Of a stretch of 64,000 nt of DNA, positions 27,562 through 37,317 are shown one piece after another; position 1 is the first letter of the stretch, and each line of letters begins with the position of its first letter. The translations under genes were made by a program, and so were the position numbers. The notes under the pieces were generated by a model that made no database searches, had not been told where the DNA came from, and saw nothing but the letters and a program-made list of their open reading frames with translations. This DNA comes from an uncultured Candidatus Binatia bacterium. GTDB lineage: Bacteria > Desulfobacterota > Binatia > Bin18. The stretch covers positions 2,656,001 to 2,720,000 of the forward strand of contig OZ241744.1 in the NCBI GenBank assembly GCA_965200965.1. The letters run 5' to 3'.

Positions 27562-28845
27562 CTATCTGCGAATAAAACTCGCCTCATTGATCGGGAGGCC
27601 GAGCAGTGCCCGTCGGACCCAGTCAAGGGCCAGTTGGGAGATGAGGGTTTTGATCCAGTCCCGGTTGCCCCACAGGGCGTAGCGACGTGAGACCAGGGCA
27701 CTGTCGCTGGCCAGGGCCAGACAGGCCGTGCCAACCGGCTTGTCCCCGGTGGCCCCATCCGGGCCGGCAATGCCGGTTATCGCAAGACCGATATCGGTGG
27801 CGAGCCGTTCACGCGCGCCGGTCGCCATTTCGCCCACGACCTCTTCACTGACCGCTCCGTGGAGCTGCAAGGTGTCGGGTTTGACGCCTAAGATCTGAAT
27901 TTTGGCCGCGTCCGAATAGGCGACAAGCGTGCCGTGGAAGTAGGCCGAACTGCCCGGCACATTGGTCACCCGATGACCGACCAGACCGCCCGAACAGGCT
28001 TCGGCCAAGCCGAGCGTCTTGCCGTTTTCTTTGAGCAGGCGGCCCGCCACTTCTTCCATGCTGACATCACCCTCGCCGTAGATGTAGGGGCCGATCCTGG
28101 CGCGGATGCGCTCGGACAGGCTCTCCAGGCGTTGCTCGGCATCGCCCGGCTTGCCACGCACCGTCACCCGCATGGAGATCTGCGGAAAATTGGCCCGAAA
28201 GGCGAGACGGCCCTCCTCCGTGCCAATCGTCCCGGCGATCATCTCGTCAAGCCCGGATTCGCTGATCCCGAAAGTCTGAAAGGTGCGGGTCAGAAATAGT
28301 TCACCCCCGCCGCGCATCTCGCGGACCCACGGCAAGACCGTCTCTTCCATCATCGGTTTCATTTCGCGCGGTACGCCGGGCAACACAATCAGATGTTTTG
28401 TGCCGTGGGGCGTGTCGAGGTCAAGCCGATAGCCGGGGGCTGTGCCCAGATGGTTGGGAACGATGACCGCGCCGGCTGGGAACTGGGCCTGTTTCAGGTT
28501 GTTCTCAGGCATGACCCGATCGAATGAGGCAAACAAACGCCGGATATTCTCGGCCACCTCTTCGGAAAAGGTCAGCTCCACTCCGGCAACTTTAGCCACG
28601 AGTTCGGTAGTCAGGTCATCGGTCGTCGGCCCGATACCGCCCGTTGAGACAATCACATCGGCCTGCTCCATCGCCTGCCGCCAAGCCCACACGATCCGCT
28701 CAGCCACATCGCCGACGGTAATCACCGTCGTTATCTCCATCCCCGCCTCGACAAACTTGTCGGCAATGTGATTGGCGTTGGTATCGACCACTTTGCCAGT
28801 CGTGATCTCGTCCCCAGTGCTGAGAATAGCCACACGTTCAATCAT
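27562..28845 (-). CDS. cinA: Competence/damage-inducible protein A (CinA/PncC)
   Basis: [45 protein letters not shown]; upstream of recA. Confidence 0.95.
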   Translation of the reverse strand: MIERVAILSTGDEITTGKVVDTNANHIADKFVEAGMEITTVITVGDVAERIVWAWRQAMEQADVIVSTGGIGPTTDDLTTELVAKVAGVELTFSEEVAENIRRLFASFDRVMPENNLKQAQFPAGAVIVPNHLGTAPGYRLDLDTPHGTKHLIVLPGVPREMKPMMEETVLPWVREMRGGGELFLTRTFQTFGISESGLDEMIAGTIGTEEGRLAFRANFPQISMRVTVRGKPGDAEQRLESLSERIRARIGPYIYGEGDVSMEEVAGRLLKENGKTLGLAEACSGGLVGHRVTNVPGSSAYFHGTLVAYSDAAKIQILGVKPDTLQLHGAVSEEVVGEMATGARERLATDIGLAITGIAGPDGATGDKPVGTACLALASDSALVSRRYALWGNRDWIKTLISQLALDWVRRALLGLPINEASFIRR

Positions 28846-29303
28846 ACGACACCTCTCGTGAGCAGGCGGAGTACGAGATTTGCGTACAGGCCCGCAACAA
28901 CATCGTCAAACACTATTCCAAGCCCGCCGGCCACCTGGCGATCAAAGTAGCGCGCTGGCGGGGGCTTGAAGATATCAAACAGGCGGAAAAGCGCAAAGGC
29001 GATGAGCAGGCGAGGCAGGGTAAGCTCGAGCCAGGCGGTCGCGCACAAGAAACCGGCGATCTCATCAATGACGATCTTGCTGCTATCGTGCTCGCCGAGG
29101 TAGCCTTCAGCCGCGCCGGCCAGCCAACAGGCCACCCCAATCAGCACGCTGAGAGCGACGATCTGGAGGGCGGGCGACAAGGCGAACAGCGCTGCGGAGA
29201 CAAAAATCAGCGGCAGCGCAGCCAGGGAGCCAAGCGTTCCTGACGCAACGGGCGCGTAACCCAGGTAGGCCCCGGTAGCCAGGAACAGAATCAGCCTACG
29301 CAC
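28842..29303 (-). CDS. pgpA: Phosphatidylglycerophosphatase A
   Basis: ASGTLGS, HDSSKIVIDEIAG, FRLFDIFKP, GGLGIVFDDVVAG. Confidence 0.95.
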   Translation of the reverse strand: MRRLILFLATGAYLGYAPVASGTLGSLAALPLIFVSAALFALSPALQIVALSVLIGVACWLAGAAEGYLGEHDSSKIVIDEIAGFLCATAWLELTLPRLLIAFALFRLFDIFKPPPARYFDRQVAGGLGIVFDDVVAGLYANLVLRLLTRGVV

Positions 29304-30550
29304 GAGAGACCCGGCCCTGAGAGACTGTTTTGCAGGGCATCTCGAAAATCTGGATGGGCAATGTCGATCAGGGCTTCGGCTCGGGCCTGAAGGTCTTTGC
29401 CTTTGAGCCGGGCGGCACCGTATTCGGTAATAATATAATCGGTACAGAAGCGTGGGGTAGTCACCATCGCCCCGGTGGCCAGACGCGGCACAATTTTTGA
29501 GTGCTTGCCGTCTTCGGTGGTTGACGGCAGGGCGATGATCGAAACGCCCTCCTCTGACAGCGCAGCGGCCTCAACGTAGTCCAGACTGCCGCCCACGCCG
29601 CTGATCTGGACCGGCCCGATGGTCTCGCCGTTGCTCTGACCGTGGAGGTCAATTTCGACCGCGGAGTTGATGGACACAAAGCGGGGCAGTTTGGCCAGCA
29701 GCAAGATGTTGTGCGTCACGCTCGAAGTGACCATCTGTACGCTCGGCGTCTGACCACAAAAGTCATACAGGTCCTGATTGCCGGCCAACTCACCGGTCAC
29801 GAGCGTGGGCGTGTGGCGGACCTTGTCCATGAACTCGATCAGCCCCTGCGAGAGCATGCCCGAGTACAGGTTGACCCCGCGTTTTTCGGCCAGACGGCCC
29901 AACACCATATCGGGCACAGAGCCGACGCCCAGCTGCACCCAGGCGTTGTCCGGCACCAGCCCCAAGACGGTCTCGGCGATCTGCTGGTCCCGTTCGGTCT
30001 GGTGTGGGGCGGTGTAGACGCCGAGCGGCTCGGACGACTCAATCGCATAGTCAATTTTATCGACTGGCACCCGGCTGTTGCCGGCGGTCATCGGCATATT
30101 GGGGTTGAGCTCGGCAATTACCAGCTTGGCGCTGTCAATGAAGTCCTGGTAGAGGCTGACCGAAATCCCCAGACTGACCATACCATCGCCGTCCGGCGGC
30201 GAGACCTGAGCGACGACCGCGTCCGGCTTGATCAGTCCATTTTTGTTAACAATTCTGGTGATCTCGCTAAACCGCATCGGCACGAAGCCGACCTTGCCGG
30301 CTTTGAACAAATGGCGAATCTGGGGAGCCGCCTGCCAGGTTTTATACACAAAGTTTGTGCCCAGGCCGGTGCGCAAAAACGGGTAGGAGCCAAAGGCCAG
30401 GCCGGAATAAATCGTCAGATTGCTGAAGCGCTCAACCTCTTGTCCAAAGGCCCGATAAAATGTCGTCGGCTCAACACAGCCGTGGGGGAAAATAAGGGTG
30501 CTGGCGTCGGGAATGGCCTGGATGGCCTGGCTGGGACTTACAAGTTTCAT
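29291..30550 (-). CDS. Acetyl-CoA hydrolase / 4-hydroxybutyrate CoA-transferase family
   Basis: QVSPPD, VQLGVGSVP, SINSAVEIDLHGQ, SGVGGSLD, TEYG, IAHPDFR. Confidence 0.9.
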   Translation of the reverse strand: MKLVSPSQAIQAIPDASTLIFPHGCVEPTTFYRAFGQEVERFSNLTIYSGLAFGSYPFLRTGLGTNFVYKTWQAAPQIRHLFKAGKVGFVPMRFSEITRIVNKNGLIKPDAVVAQVSPPDGDGMVSLGISVSLYQDFIDSAKLVIAELNPNMPMTAGNSRVPVDKIDYAIESSEPLGVYTAPHQTERDQQIAETVLGLVPDNAWVQLGVGSVPDMVLGRLAEKRGVNLYSGMLSQGLIEFMDKVRHTPTLVTGELAGNQDLYDFCGQTPSVQMVTSSVTHNILLLAKLPRFVSINSAVEIDLHGQSNGETIGPVQISGVGGSLDYVEAAALSEEGVSIIALPSTTEDGKHSKIVPRLATGAMVTTPRFCTDYIITEYGAARLKGKDLQARAEALIDIAHPDFRDALQNSLSGPGLSCVG

Positions 30551-30625
30551 GCTGGCCTCGCTGTGGGCGTGTCATCCACGGCGTCTCTCGACACCGTATG
30601 ATGACAAGCAGCCCGCGTCCAGTGC

Positions 30626-31651
30626 TCAGGGAATAATCGCATACTTGACCCCCCGCCCCTGCTGTAAGAGTGCAAACACCGCCGGAAGCTCGATCAGGGG
30701 ATAGCTGGCACTGATCAGGGCGGCGCTTGGAATGGTTCCGCTTGCCAGCAATTCGCAGGCGCGCCGCACAGCCGGAGGAGTAAAATGGAAGGGGCTGAAC
30801 AGGCGGACCTGATCGTAGTGGACCCGATAGGTATCAAGGGCGATCGTTGTTCCCGGCGGACAGCCGCCAAAGAGGATCAGCTGGCCACCCGGACGGGGCC
30901 AAAAAACCGCCTCCTGCCACACCTGGGGCTGGGCGGTACACTCCACAACGAGGTCGGCCCCCCGCCCGCGGGTGAGGCGCAACACCTCCTCACGGGCGTC
31001 TTCGGCCGAACGGGCAATAATCCCGCTGGCCCCGAGTCGGCGGGCAATCTCGGCCCGGTCCGGGTTGCGGGCCACCACATACACCCGCTCAACCCCGAGC
31101 AGGCGCAAGACCGCCAGATGCAGCAGACCAAAAGCGCCTGCGCCAATGATGAGCGCGGTGTCGTCGGGCCGCAGGGCGATGGGCTCAAGACCAAACACCA
31201 CGCACGACAGAGGCTCTAGCAGACACGCCTCGGCAAAAGACAGTCGCTCAGGCTTGGGGAAGAGATTGGTCCGGTGAACCCGGGCCGGAATCCGTACATA
31301 TTCGGCGTAGCCGCCGAGTGCCATCGTCTCCATGAGCGACACGCACAGGTTTTCCTGCCCACGCTGACAGTAAAAACAGCGCCCGCACGGGCCGGTCGGA
31401 GCAAGCATCACGGCGTCGCCCTCACGAACAGACCGCACCCGACTACCGCAGGCAGCCACCGTGCCGGCGTACTCATGGCCAAATCGCACCGGTGTCGGCC
31501 ATTTGGGATGGCCGCGGCGGAAGGCTTTGAGGTCGGTGCCACACGTCAGCGCGGCACCGACCTTCAGCACAATCTCGTCCTCTTCAGGCTGAGGGACGGG
31601 GGTGTGCTGCACAACCATCCGGCCCGGACCAAGCAACATCACGGCTTGCAT
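30626..31651 (-). CDS. Zn-dependent alcohol/polyol dehydrogenase (MDR)
   Basis: CGTD, GHE, CGRCFYC..C, LEPLSC, GAGAFG. Confidence 0.93.
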   Translation of the reverse strand: MQAVMLLGPGRMVVQHTPVPQPEEDEIVLKVGAALTCGTDLKAFRRGHPKWPTPVRFGHEYAGTVAACGSRVRSVREGDAVMLAPTGPCGRCFYCQRGQENLCVSLMETMALGGYAEYVRIPARVHRTNLFPKPERLSFAEACLLEPLSCVVFGLEPIALRPDDTALIIGAGAFGLLHLAVLRLLGVERVYVVARNPDRAEIARRLGASGIIARSAEDAREEVLRLTRGRGADLVVECTAQPQVWQEAVFWPRPGGQLILFGGCPPGTTIALDTYRVHYDQVRLFSPFHFTPPAVRRACELLASGTIPSAALISASYPLIELPAVFALLQQGRGVKYAIIP

Positions 31652-31659
31652 GAGGAGGC

Positions 31660-32235
31660 TCACCACAGCAGCGGACGAACGTGGAAATGATAATGGTCGG
31701 GAATCTGGCGCATGACGTGATCGAACGTCCACCTGGGAAACTGGCCGGTGTATTTCTGCTCGGCAACCAGATTGAGCGCCTCTTCCATGAAGGCGACCTC
31801 ATCCGGGGTGAGCTCAACCCGGTGTTCGGCCAGGACGGCGATCGGCACCTCGCAGGCATCGCAGTCGAGGATGGTAAACTTCAGCGGCTGGTGAAACTCC
31901 GCATACCAGGGGGTGTAGTGGGCCAGTTCACACAGGTCGCACACCCGGCCCGAGGCCATGCTGCCGACTGGGGGTGGCTGATAACCGGCCGGCCGCACAA
32001 ACTTCCCGCTGGCCTGTTTGTCAGCCACAAGGCGGCGTATTTTTTCGATATAGACCAACTTCTGGGCGCTCAGTTCGTCCGGTTTTGTATCGCCCTCTTT
32101 GTCGGGCAGCACCCGGACCGAGAGCGGACCGGGACCGCTGTTGAGGACGACACAATGAAGCGGCTGATACAGTTCAACGAGTATGAGCGCCTCTCCGGGT
32201 GAACCGAACGACAGCCAAGCCGGGCGGTCGGCCAT
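31660..32235 (-). CDS. Hypothetical protein with CxxC pairs and HIT-like HYHFH motif
   Basis: CDLC, CDAC, QIPDHYHFHVRP; GGAGG SD. Confidence 0.7.
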   Translation of the reverse strand: MADRPAWLSFGSPGEALILVELYQPLHCVVLNSGPGPLSVRVLPDKEGDTKPDELSAQKLVYIEKIRRLVADKQASGKFVRPAGYQPPPVGSMASGRVCDLCELAHYTPWYAEFHQPLKFTILDCDACEVPIAVLAEHRVELTPDEVAFMEEALNLVAEQKYTGQFPRWTFDHVMRQIPDHYHFHVRPLLW

Positions 32236-32305
32236 ATGCTCTGCCTCCAATGACAAGGGTAGAACGGGACAAGATCATGCGGTCCTCGCTCCTCAAGACT
32301 GATGC

Positions 32306-33421
32306 TCAGACTTCGATCCTGTACAGCTTGGCCGCGGTATCGTGGACGATCTTGCGCCGGGCGGTCTCGTCAAGTTCAGCAAGGGTCTTGGTGATGAAGT
32401 CTTGCGAGCGTGGCCAAGTGGCCGCGGTATGCGGGTAGTCTGAGGACCACATGGCGTTGTCCGGGCCGTACAGGTCGAGGGTACGGATGAAGAGCGGCTC
32501 GTTGATGAAGGTCGCGTAGACCTGGCGTCTGACGTAGTCGCTGGGCTTAAGGCTCAGTTCGGCCAGCGTACCCATCGAACCCAGGCGGCTATGAATCAGG
32601 TCCATCCGCCACATGAAGTACGGCATCCAGGCCACATCGTTCTCGGCCGAGACGATCTTCAGTTTCGGAAACCGCTCCAGAACGCCGCCGAGTACGAACA
32701 CGGCCAGCGAGCGTTCGACTTCGTGGTACAGGGTGGTCGCCTGGAGAACCAAGTTGTTGCTGAAGAAGTCAATACCGGTGCCTTTGCGGCCGGTCAGGAT
32801 ATGCAGCGACAGGGGCATGTTGAGATCGGACGCCGCGGCCCAGAACGGGTCATAGATCGTATCGCTATAGGGTTTGTCGCCCGGCGGCTCGGCCCAGATC
32901 ATGGCCCCACGGATACCCTTTTCGGCGCAGCGTTCGAGCTCTCTGGTGCCGGCCTGAATATCTTCGAGCGTAATCAGACCCAGCGGCAGGAGGCGTTTGG
33001 GGTCGTGGCTGCAATATTCGGCTGCCCAATCGTTATAGGCGGAGAAACAGGCGGCCCGCAGCTCAACATCGTCAAGCATATAGAGCGGCATACCCATTGA
33101 GGTGTAGATCGCCTCGGCAATCACGCCGTCCCGGTCCTGGTCTTTGAGCCGGGCGGCCGGGTCCCACACTGACGCGGGAGCCTGATCCATGCCTTTTTTA
33201 TTGTGCTCGGGCAGCTCGGTGGACGGTACGCCAGCGCCAAAGAATGCCGCAACCGGGAAGGGAGAGATGTTTTCGCACACAAAATACTCGCCCTCTCTTC
33301 CGTTCAGGTCTTTGACGGTGTGGGGTGCCTTGTCGCGGAACTTCTCATCAAGGCGTTCCTTCCACATGCCGGGTGGTTCGACAAAATGCGAATCCGCTGA
33401 AATAACGCGATAGTCTGCCAT
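32306..33421 (-). CDS. Amidohydrolase family 2 protein
   Basis: ISADSH, YNDWAAEYC, YDPFWAA, LERFPKLK, WSSDYPH. Confidence 0.93.
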   Translation of the reverse strand: MADYRVISADSHFVEPPGMWKERLDEKFRDKAPHTVKDLNGREGEYFVCENISPFPVAAFFGAGVPSTELPEHNKKGMDQAPASVWDPAARLKDQDRDGVIAEAIYTSMGMPLYMLDDVELRAACFSAYNDWAAEYCSHDPKRLLPLGLITLEDIQAGTRELERCAEKGIRGAMIWAEPPGDKPYSDTIYDPFWAAASDLNMPLSLHILTGRKGTGIDFFSNNLVLQATTLYHEVERSLAVFVLGGVLERFPKLKIVSAENDVAWMPYFMWRMDLIHSRLGSMGTLAELSLKPSDYVRRQVYATFINEPLFIRTLDLYGPDNAMWSSDYPHTAATWPRSQDFITKTLAELDETARRKIVHDTAAKLYRIEV

Positions 33422-33562
33422 ACGAGCTCCTCCTTTTCTGGCTTGGCGTGGCGGCGTCACCATACGCCCTCTTTCCCGTACAATGCAAGGGTCGAGGTCG
33501 TGAGAAATCGGGATTGCCGGACGGCTCAGGAGCTTGGTAAGATGCCTCCCGTCCCGAATCGA

Positions 33563-33636
33563 GCCCCCGTAGCTCAGCCGGATAGAGCATCGGATTCCTA
33601 ATCCGAGGGTCGTGCGTTCGAATCGCGCCGGGGGCA
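33563..33636 (+). tRNA. tRNA-Arg(CCT)
   Basis: GCCCCCG/CGGGGGC acceptor stem, TCGGA-TTCCTAA-TCCGA anticodon arm, GTTCGAATC T-loop; no encoded CCA. Confidence 0.97.
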
Positions 33637-33637
33637 T

Positions 33638-34660
33638 TCAGAGGGTGTCATGGGTTTTCAGCCGATAGGCCCGGGCCGCGCTGTCGTGGAACAGGGCGAG
33701 CCGCTCATCGGCCGAGAAATCCCGGGTGATGTGCTTAAAGGCATTCCACAGCACCGCATAGGAGCACGAGGTCTTATCAACCGGGAAGTTGCTCTCAAAC
33801 ATGCAGCGCTTGGCCCCGAACTGCTCAATGCAGAACAGATAGTAGGGGCCGAGAGCACGGGCCAACTGGACCGAGGTCGGCTGAGCGGCCTGTTTATGCC
33901 AGCCAAAGCCGCACATCGGCATAGTCAGGCCGCCGAGTTTGACCATCACATTGGGGCAGGTGGCCAGCTCAGCCAGCCCCCGTTTCCAGTCCTGAAAGAC
34001 GGCCTCTTGCTGACCCTGGTAGGGACCAATGCCGAGCGGACCGCCAACATGGTCAAGAATGATGGTTCCGTCCGGGCAGGCACGCGCCAAGTCCACCAGT
34101 TCGGCGATCTGGGTGTGATACATCCAGGCATCAAAGCTCAGACCCAGCCGGTGCAGACAGGCCAGCCCTTTGCGAAACGCAGCCTCTCGCATCAGACCCT
34201 CCGGCGCGCCGGTATGGGCATTCCGAATATCAGGGCTGGCGTGCCAGCTGGCCGCATGACGAATCCCCCGAAAACGGTTGGGGCTGGCCTCCAGATGCGC
34301 CGCAAGGACCGCTTCCACCCCGTCGCCCAGAGACAGGTCAGCAAAGCCGACAATCCCGGCACAGGCGGCCATTGGGCCATAGTTGCCGCTGACGCTCTGG
34401 GCGGCGATACCCTGGACAAACTCCGTCTCGCCAACGGGTTTCATCTCCCTCGGCCCGTCTTTGCGGTACATGGACAGACATTCGACAAAGACGGTCTGGA
34501 CGACTCTGTGCCCGCTGTTGGTGTCTTGCAGCAGCTCGTCAAGCAGGTAGCGGTTGCCCGGATGGTCCCACACATGGTGGTGCGGGTCACAGATGGGCAG
34601 TTCAGGGTCAAGGGCTACCTCAGCGCCGGTCTTCAGCCACTCGTCACGATCGCGTGCCAT
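33638..34660 (-). CDS. Amidohydrolase family protein (lactonase-like)
   Basis: DPHHHVWD, RFRGIRH, LDHVGGP, KLGGL, FESNFPVDK. Confidence 0.93.
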   Translation of the reverse strand: MARDRDEWLKTGAEVALDPELPICDPHHHVWDHPGNRYLLDELLQDTNSGHRVVQTVFVECLSMYRKDGPREMKPVGETEFVQGIAAQSVSGNYGPMAACAGIVGFADLSLGDGVEAVLAAHLEASPNRFRGIRHAASWHASPDIRNAHTGAPEGLMREAAFRKGLACLHRLGLSFDAWMYHTQIAELVDLARACPDGTIILDHVGGPLGIGPYQGQQEAVFQDWKRGLAELATCPNVMVKLGGLTMPMCGFGWHKQAAQPTSVQLARALGPYYLFCIEQFGAKRCMFESNFPVDKTSCSYAVLWNAFKHITRDFSADERLALFHDSAARAYRLKTHDTL

Positions 34661-35933
34661 AGGGGTCCTCCTCTTCGTAGGCTTCGGCCAGCAGATCCAC
34701 GGTATGCACGGCTTCAATGGCCGCGCCCCGCTGCTGGAGGCCTGCCTGGATCTGGATCAGACAGCCGGGATTGCCCATCACAACCGTCCCGGCCCGGGTG
34801 CTCTGGATGTTGTCAACTTTGCGCCGCAGAAGCCGCCCGGCCATCTCGGGCTCGGTGAGGTTATAGGTACCGGCGCTGCCACAACACCAGTCAGACTCGG
34901 GCATATCAACGATCCGCAGGCCGGGAATAGCCGCCAGCAGGGCGCGCGGTTGGGCACGGACCTGTTGGCCATGGGCCAAGTGACAGGCGTCGTGATAGGT
35001 CACGGTTTTGTTCAGGGTCTTGGTCGGCTTGGTCGGCCCAATGTCGGCCAGAAACTCCGACACGTCTTTCATCTTGGCCGCCAGTTGCTCGGCCCGCTCA
35101 CGGTACACCGGGTCGTCTTTGAGCAACTCGCCATACTCCTTCATCATCGCCCCGCAGCCCGAGGCATTGATGATGAGGGCGTCAACATCAAGCTCGCTGA
35201 AGACCTCGACATTGCGTTGCGCCAGCGCCAGGGCCTCGGATTTATTGCCGTTATGCAACAATAAGGCTCCGCAGCAGGCTTGGCTTTTGGGTACCAGAAC
35301 ATCACAGCCGTTATAGCGCAGGACTTTGACGGTTGCCTCGTTGGTCGCGCCGAACAGCTCGGACATGACACAGCCGGACAGCATAGCCACCCGGTAGCGC
35401 TGGGGGCCAACAGGGGCGTAGCGGTCCTGGAGCGTCGTCGAAGACAGTCGGCCCCGAGTTGGGATGAGGCCAAACTGCGAACGCAGGCGGGCGGGAAGCC
35501 AGTTGGCCTGGGCCAGACGGCCCAGCCCCAGCCACGAGCCGAGCCGCAGCAGCCCGGCGAACAGGCGCATGCCGACCGGGCTGGGGAAAATCGTATCAAT
35601 GGTCCGCCGGGTGAGGCGTTCGGCCAGTGGCCGCTTGTAGTGCTGCTCAATGTACGGCCGGGCTCCTTCGATAAGCGCCCCGTACTGGACCCCGGACGGA
35701 CAGGCCGTCTCACACGACCGGCAGCCCAGGCACAGGTCGAGATGCCGCACGACCTCAGAATCCAGACCGAAGCGGCCCTCTTGCAGCGCCCGCAGGGTCA
35801 GAATACGGCCCCGCGGGGAGTCCATCTCAGTCCCCAACTCAGCATACGTCGGGCAGAATGGCAGGCACAGCCCACAGTGTACACAGTCAAAGAATTTCTC
35901 GTGAGCGACAAAATGGGCGTGTTCGTGTGGCAT
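34644..35933 (-). CDS. glcF: Glycolate oxidase Fe-S subunit
   Basis: CVHCGLCLPFCPT, SPRGR, CLGCRSCETACPS, CCG domains, YHDACHL. Confidence 0.93.
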   Translation of the reverse strand: MPHEHAHFVAHEKFFDCVHCGLCLPFCPTYAELGTEMDSPRGRILTLRALQEGRFGLDSEVVRHLDLCLGCRSCETACPSGVQYGALIEGARPYIEQHYKRPLAERLTRRTIDTIFPSPVGMRLFAGLLRLGSWLGLGRLAQANWLPARLRSQFGLIPTRGRLSSTTLQDRYAPVGPQRYRVAMLSGCVMSELFGATNEATVKVLRYNGCDVLVPKSQACCGALLLHNGNKSEALALAQRNVEVFSELDVDALIINASGCGAMMKEYGELLKDDPVYRERAEQLAAKMKDVSEFLADIGPTKPTKTLNKTVTYHDACHLAHGQQVRAQPRALLAAIPGLRIVDMPESDWCCGSAGTYNLTEPEMAGRLLRRKVDNIQSTRAGTVVMGNPGCLIQIQAGLQQRGAAIEAVHTVDLLAEAYEEEDPYGTRS

Positions 35934-35940
35934 ACGACGC

Positions 35941-37245
35941 CTAAATGCCTCCGATAAATCGGCCGGGGTTCAACACCTGCTGCGGATCAAAGGTGTCTTT
36001 GAGTTTTTTCATCAGCGGGAAGGCACTGCCGGTCGGTCCCCACACATCGACCCGGTCCTTCAGACCCGGATCAATCTGCTCAACAACGAGATAACCGTTC
36101 ATTTTTCTGACCAGGATACGCAACCAGTCAAGCAGGGAAACGAACTGCTCGGCAGGGGGGGGCGTGCTCTCCTCCTCATTGGAGCGGACGAAGCGGATGT
36201 ACACAATACCGTTCCCGGCCCGGGCCTGAAACTGGACCGACAGGCCGTGCCGGCCGATCTCTTCCTCCACCTGGTGACAAAACTCGGCCACCCGATCTGG
36301 CAGCAGACTGGTTTTGCAGCGCAAGCCGGCCTGACCGCTGACCGGAAAGTCGCGCAGAGCAAGGGCCAGATTGTGGGCGGCCTGACCTTCGATATGTTCG
36401 AGGCGCAAGCCGGCTTGGCTGGCCAGTTCATTCAGGCGCTGGCGTTGATAGTCAACCTCTTGGGTCACGCCTGCCAGACCGACAACAAGCAGAGATTCGG
36501 CTGAGTTATCGGCGGGATGGGCTGGATCAAAATTGGTCAGTTCCAGGAAGAAGGGTTGCAGCTCGGCAGTAATTCGCTGTGAGGTGGCCTGTATGGCGTG
36601 AAGAAGGGTGCCATGTCTCACTTCCGCGGCAGAGGGAAAGCGGAGCATCAGAATGGCCTGAGCTTCCGGTCGGGGTCGGATCTTGAAAGTCGCCTCAACA
36701 ATGACCCCCAGGCTGCCGAGCGAGCCGCAGTAGAGCTTGGCCAGGTCGTAGCCGGCCACGTTTTTGACCACCCGCCCGCCGCCTTTCACCACCGCGCCAT
36801 CCGCCCGGACGACTTTCAGCCCAATCAGAAAATCGCGGACCGTGCCCTGTGAGAAGCGAGACGGGCCGCTCAGGTTGGTTGCGATCAAGCCACCGACTGT
36901 AACCTGTTCCGGGTTGGGTGGATCGAGCGGCAGCCACTGACCGTTCTCGCCCAAAACGGCCTGGAGTTGCGAGAGGGTCAGGCCGGCCTCGACCGTGACC
37001 GTCATGTCGGTCGGTTGGTAATCCAGCAGCTTATTCAGCCGTTCCAGACACAGCGCCACATCATAGCGGCGTGGGCGAGCGCCTAGGTGCAGAAACGCCC
37101 CCAGCCCAACCGGGGCAACCGCCAGCTTGCGCTTCCCGGCGTCCCGCAGTTCTGCCGACACCTGCTTGACCGAGGTCGGAAGCAACACCTCGCGCGGCTT
37201 GGCCCCGTCAATCGCAAATCGCTCTCCGGCCTCAAAGTGGGACAT
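35941..37245 (-). CDS. glcE: Glycolate oxidase FAD-binding subunit
   Basis: LPLDP, GGRVVKNVAGYDL.KL, FDPQQVLNPGRF. Confidence 0.9.
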   Translation of the reverse strand: MSHFEAGERFAIDGAKPREVLLPTSVKQVSAELRDAGKRKLAVAPVGLGAFLHLGARPRRYDVALCLERLNKLLDYQPTDMTVTVEAGLTLSQLQAVLGENGQWLPLDPPNPEQVTVGGLIATNLSGPSRFSQGTVRDFLIGLKVVRADGAVVKGGGRVVKNVAGYDLAKLYCGSLGSLGVIVEATFKIRPRPEAQAILMLRFPSAAEVRHGTLLHAIQATSQRITAELQPFFLELTNFDPAHPADNSAESLLVVGLAGVTQEVDYQRQRLNELASQAGLRLEHIEGQAAHNLALALRDFPVSGQAGLRCKTSLLPDRVAEFCHQVEEEIGRHGLSVQFQARAGNGIVYIRFVRSNEEESTPPPAEQFVSLLDWLRILVRKMNGYLVVEQIDPGLKDRVDVWGPTGSAFPLMKKLKDTFDPQQVLNPGRFIGGI

Positions 37246-37317
37246 GGTATCCTCATTCACAATGTCAGCCTGTCCCAGCCTGCCATAAGCCAGCCCTCAA
37301 ACCCTGCTCATCCTGTC

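Noticed and set aside
33422-33637. N-terminal extension of the amidohydrolase ORF (MPPARFERTT...)
   Set aside because: Antisense to tRNA-Arg; the real start is MADYRVIS at 33421 with an AGGAGG SD
33563-33700. tRNA-Arg as an island integration site
   Set aside because: No integrase and no duplicated tRNA 3' end seen in the window
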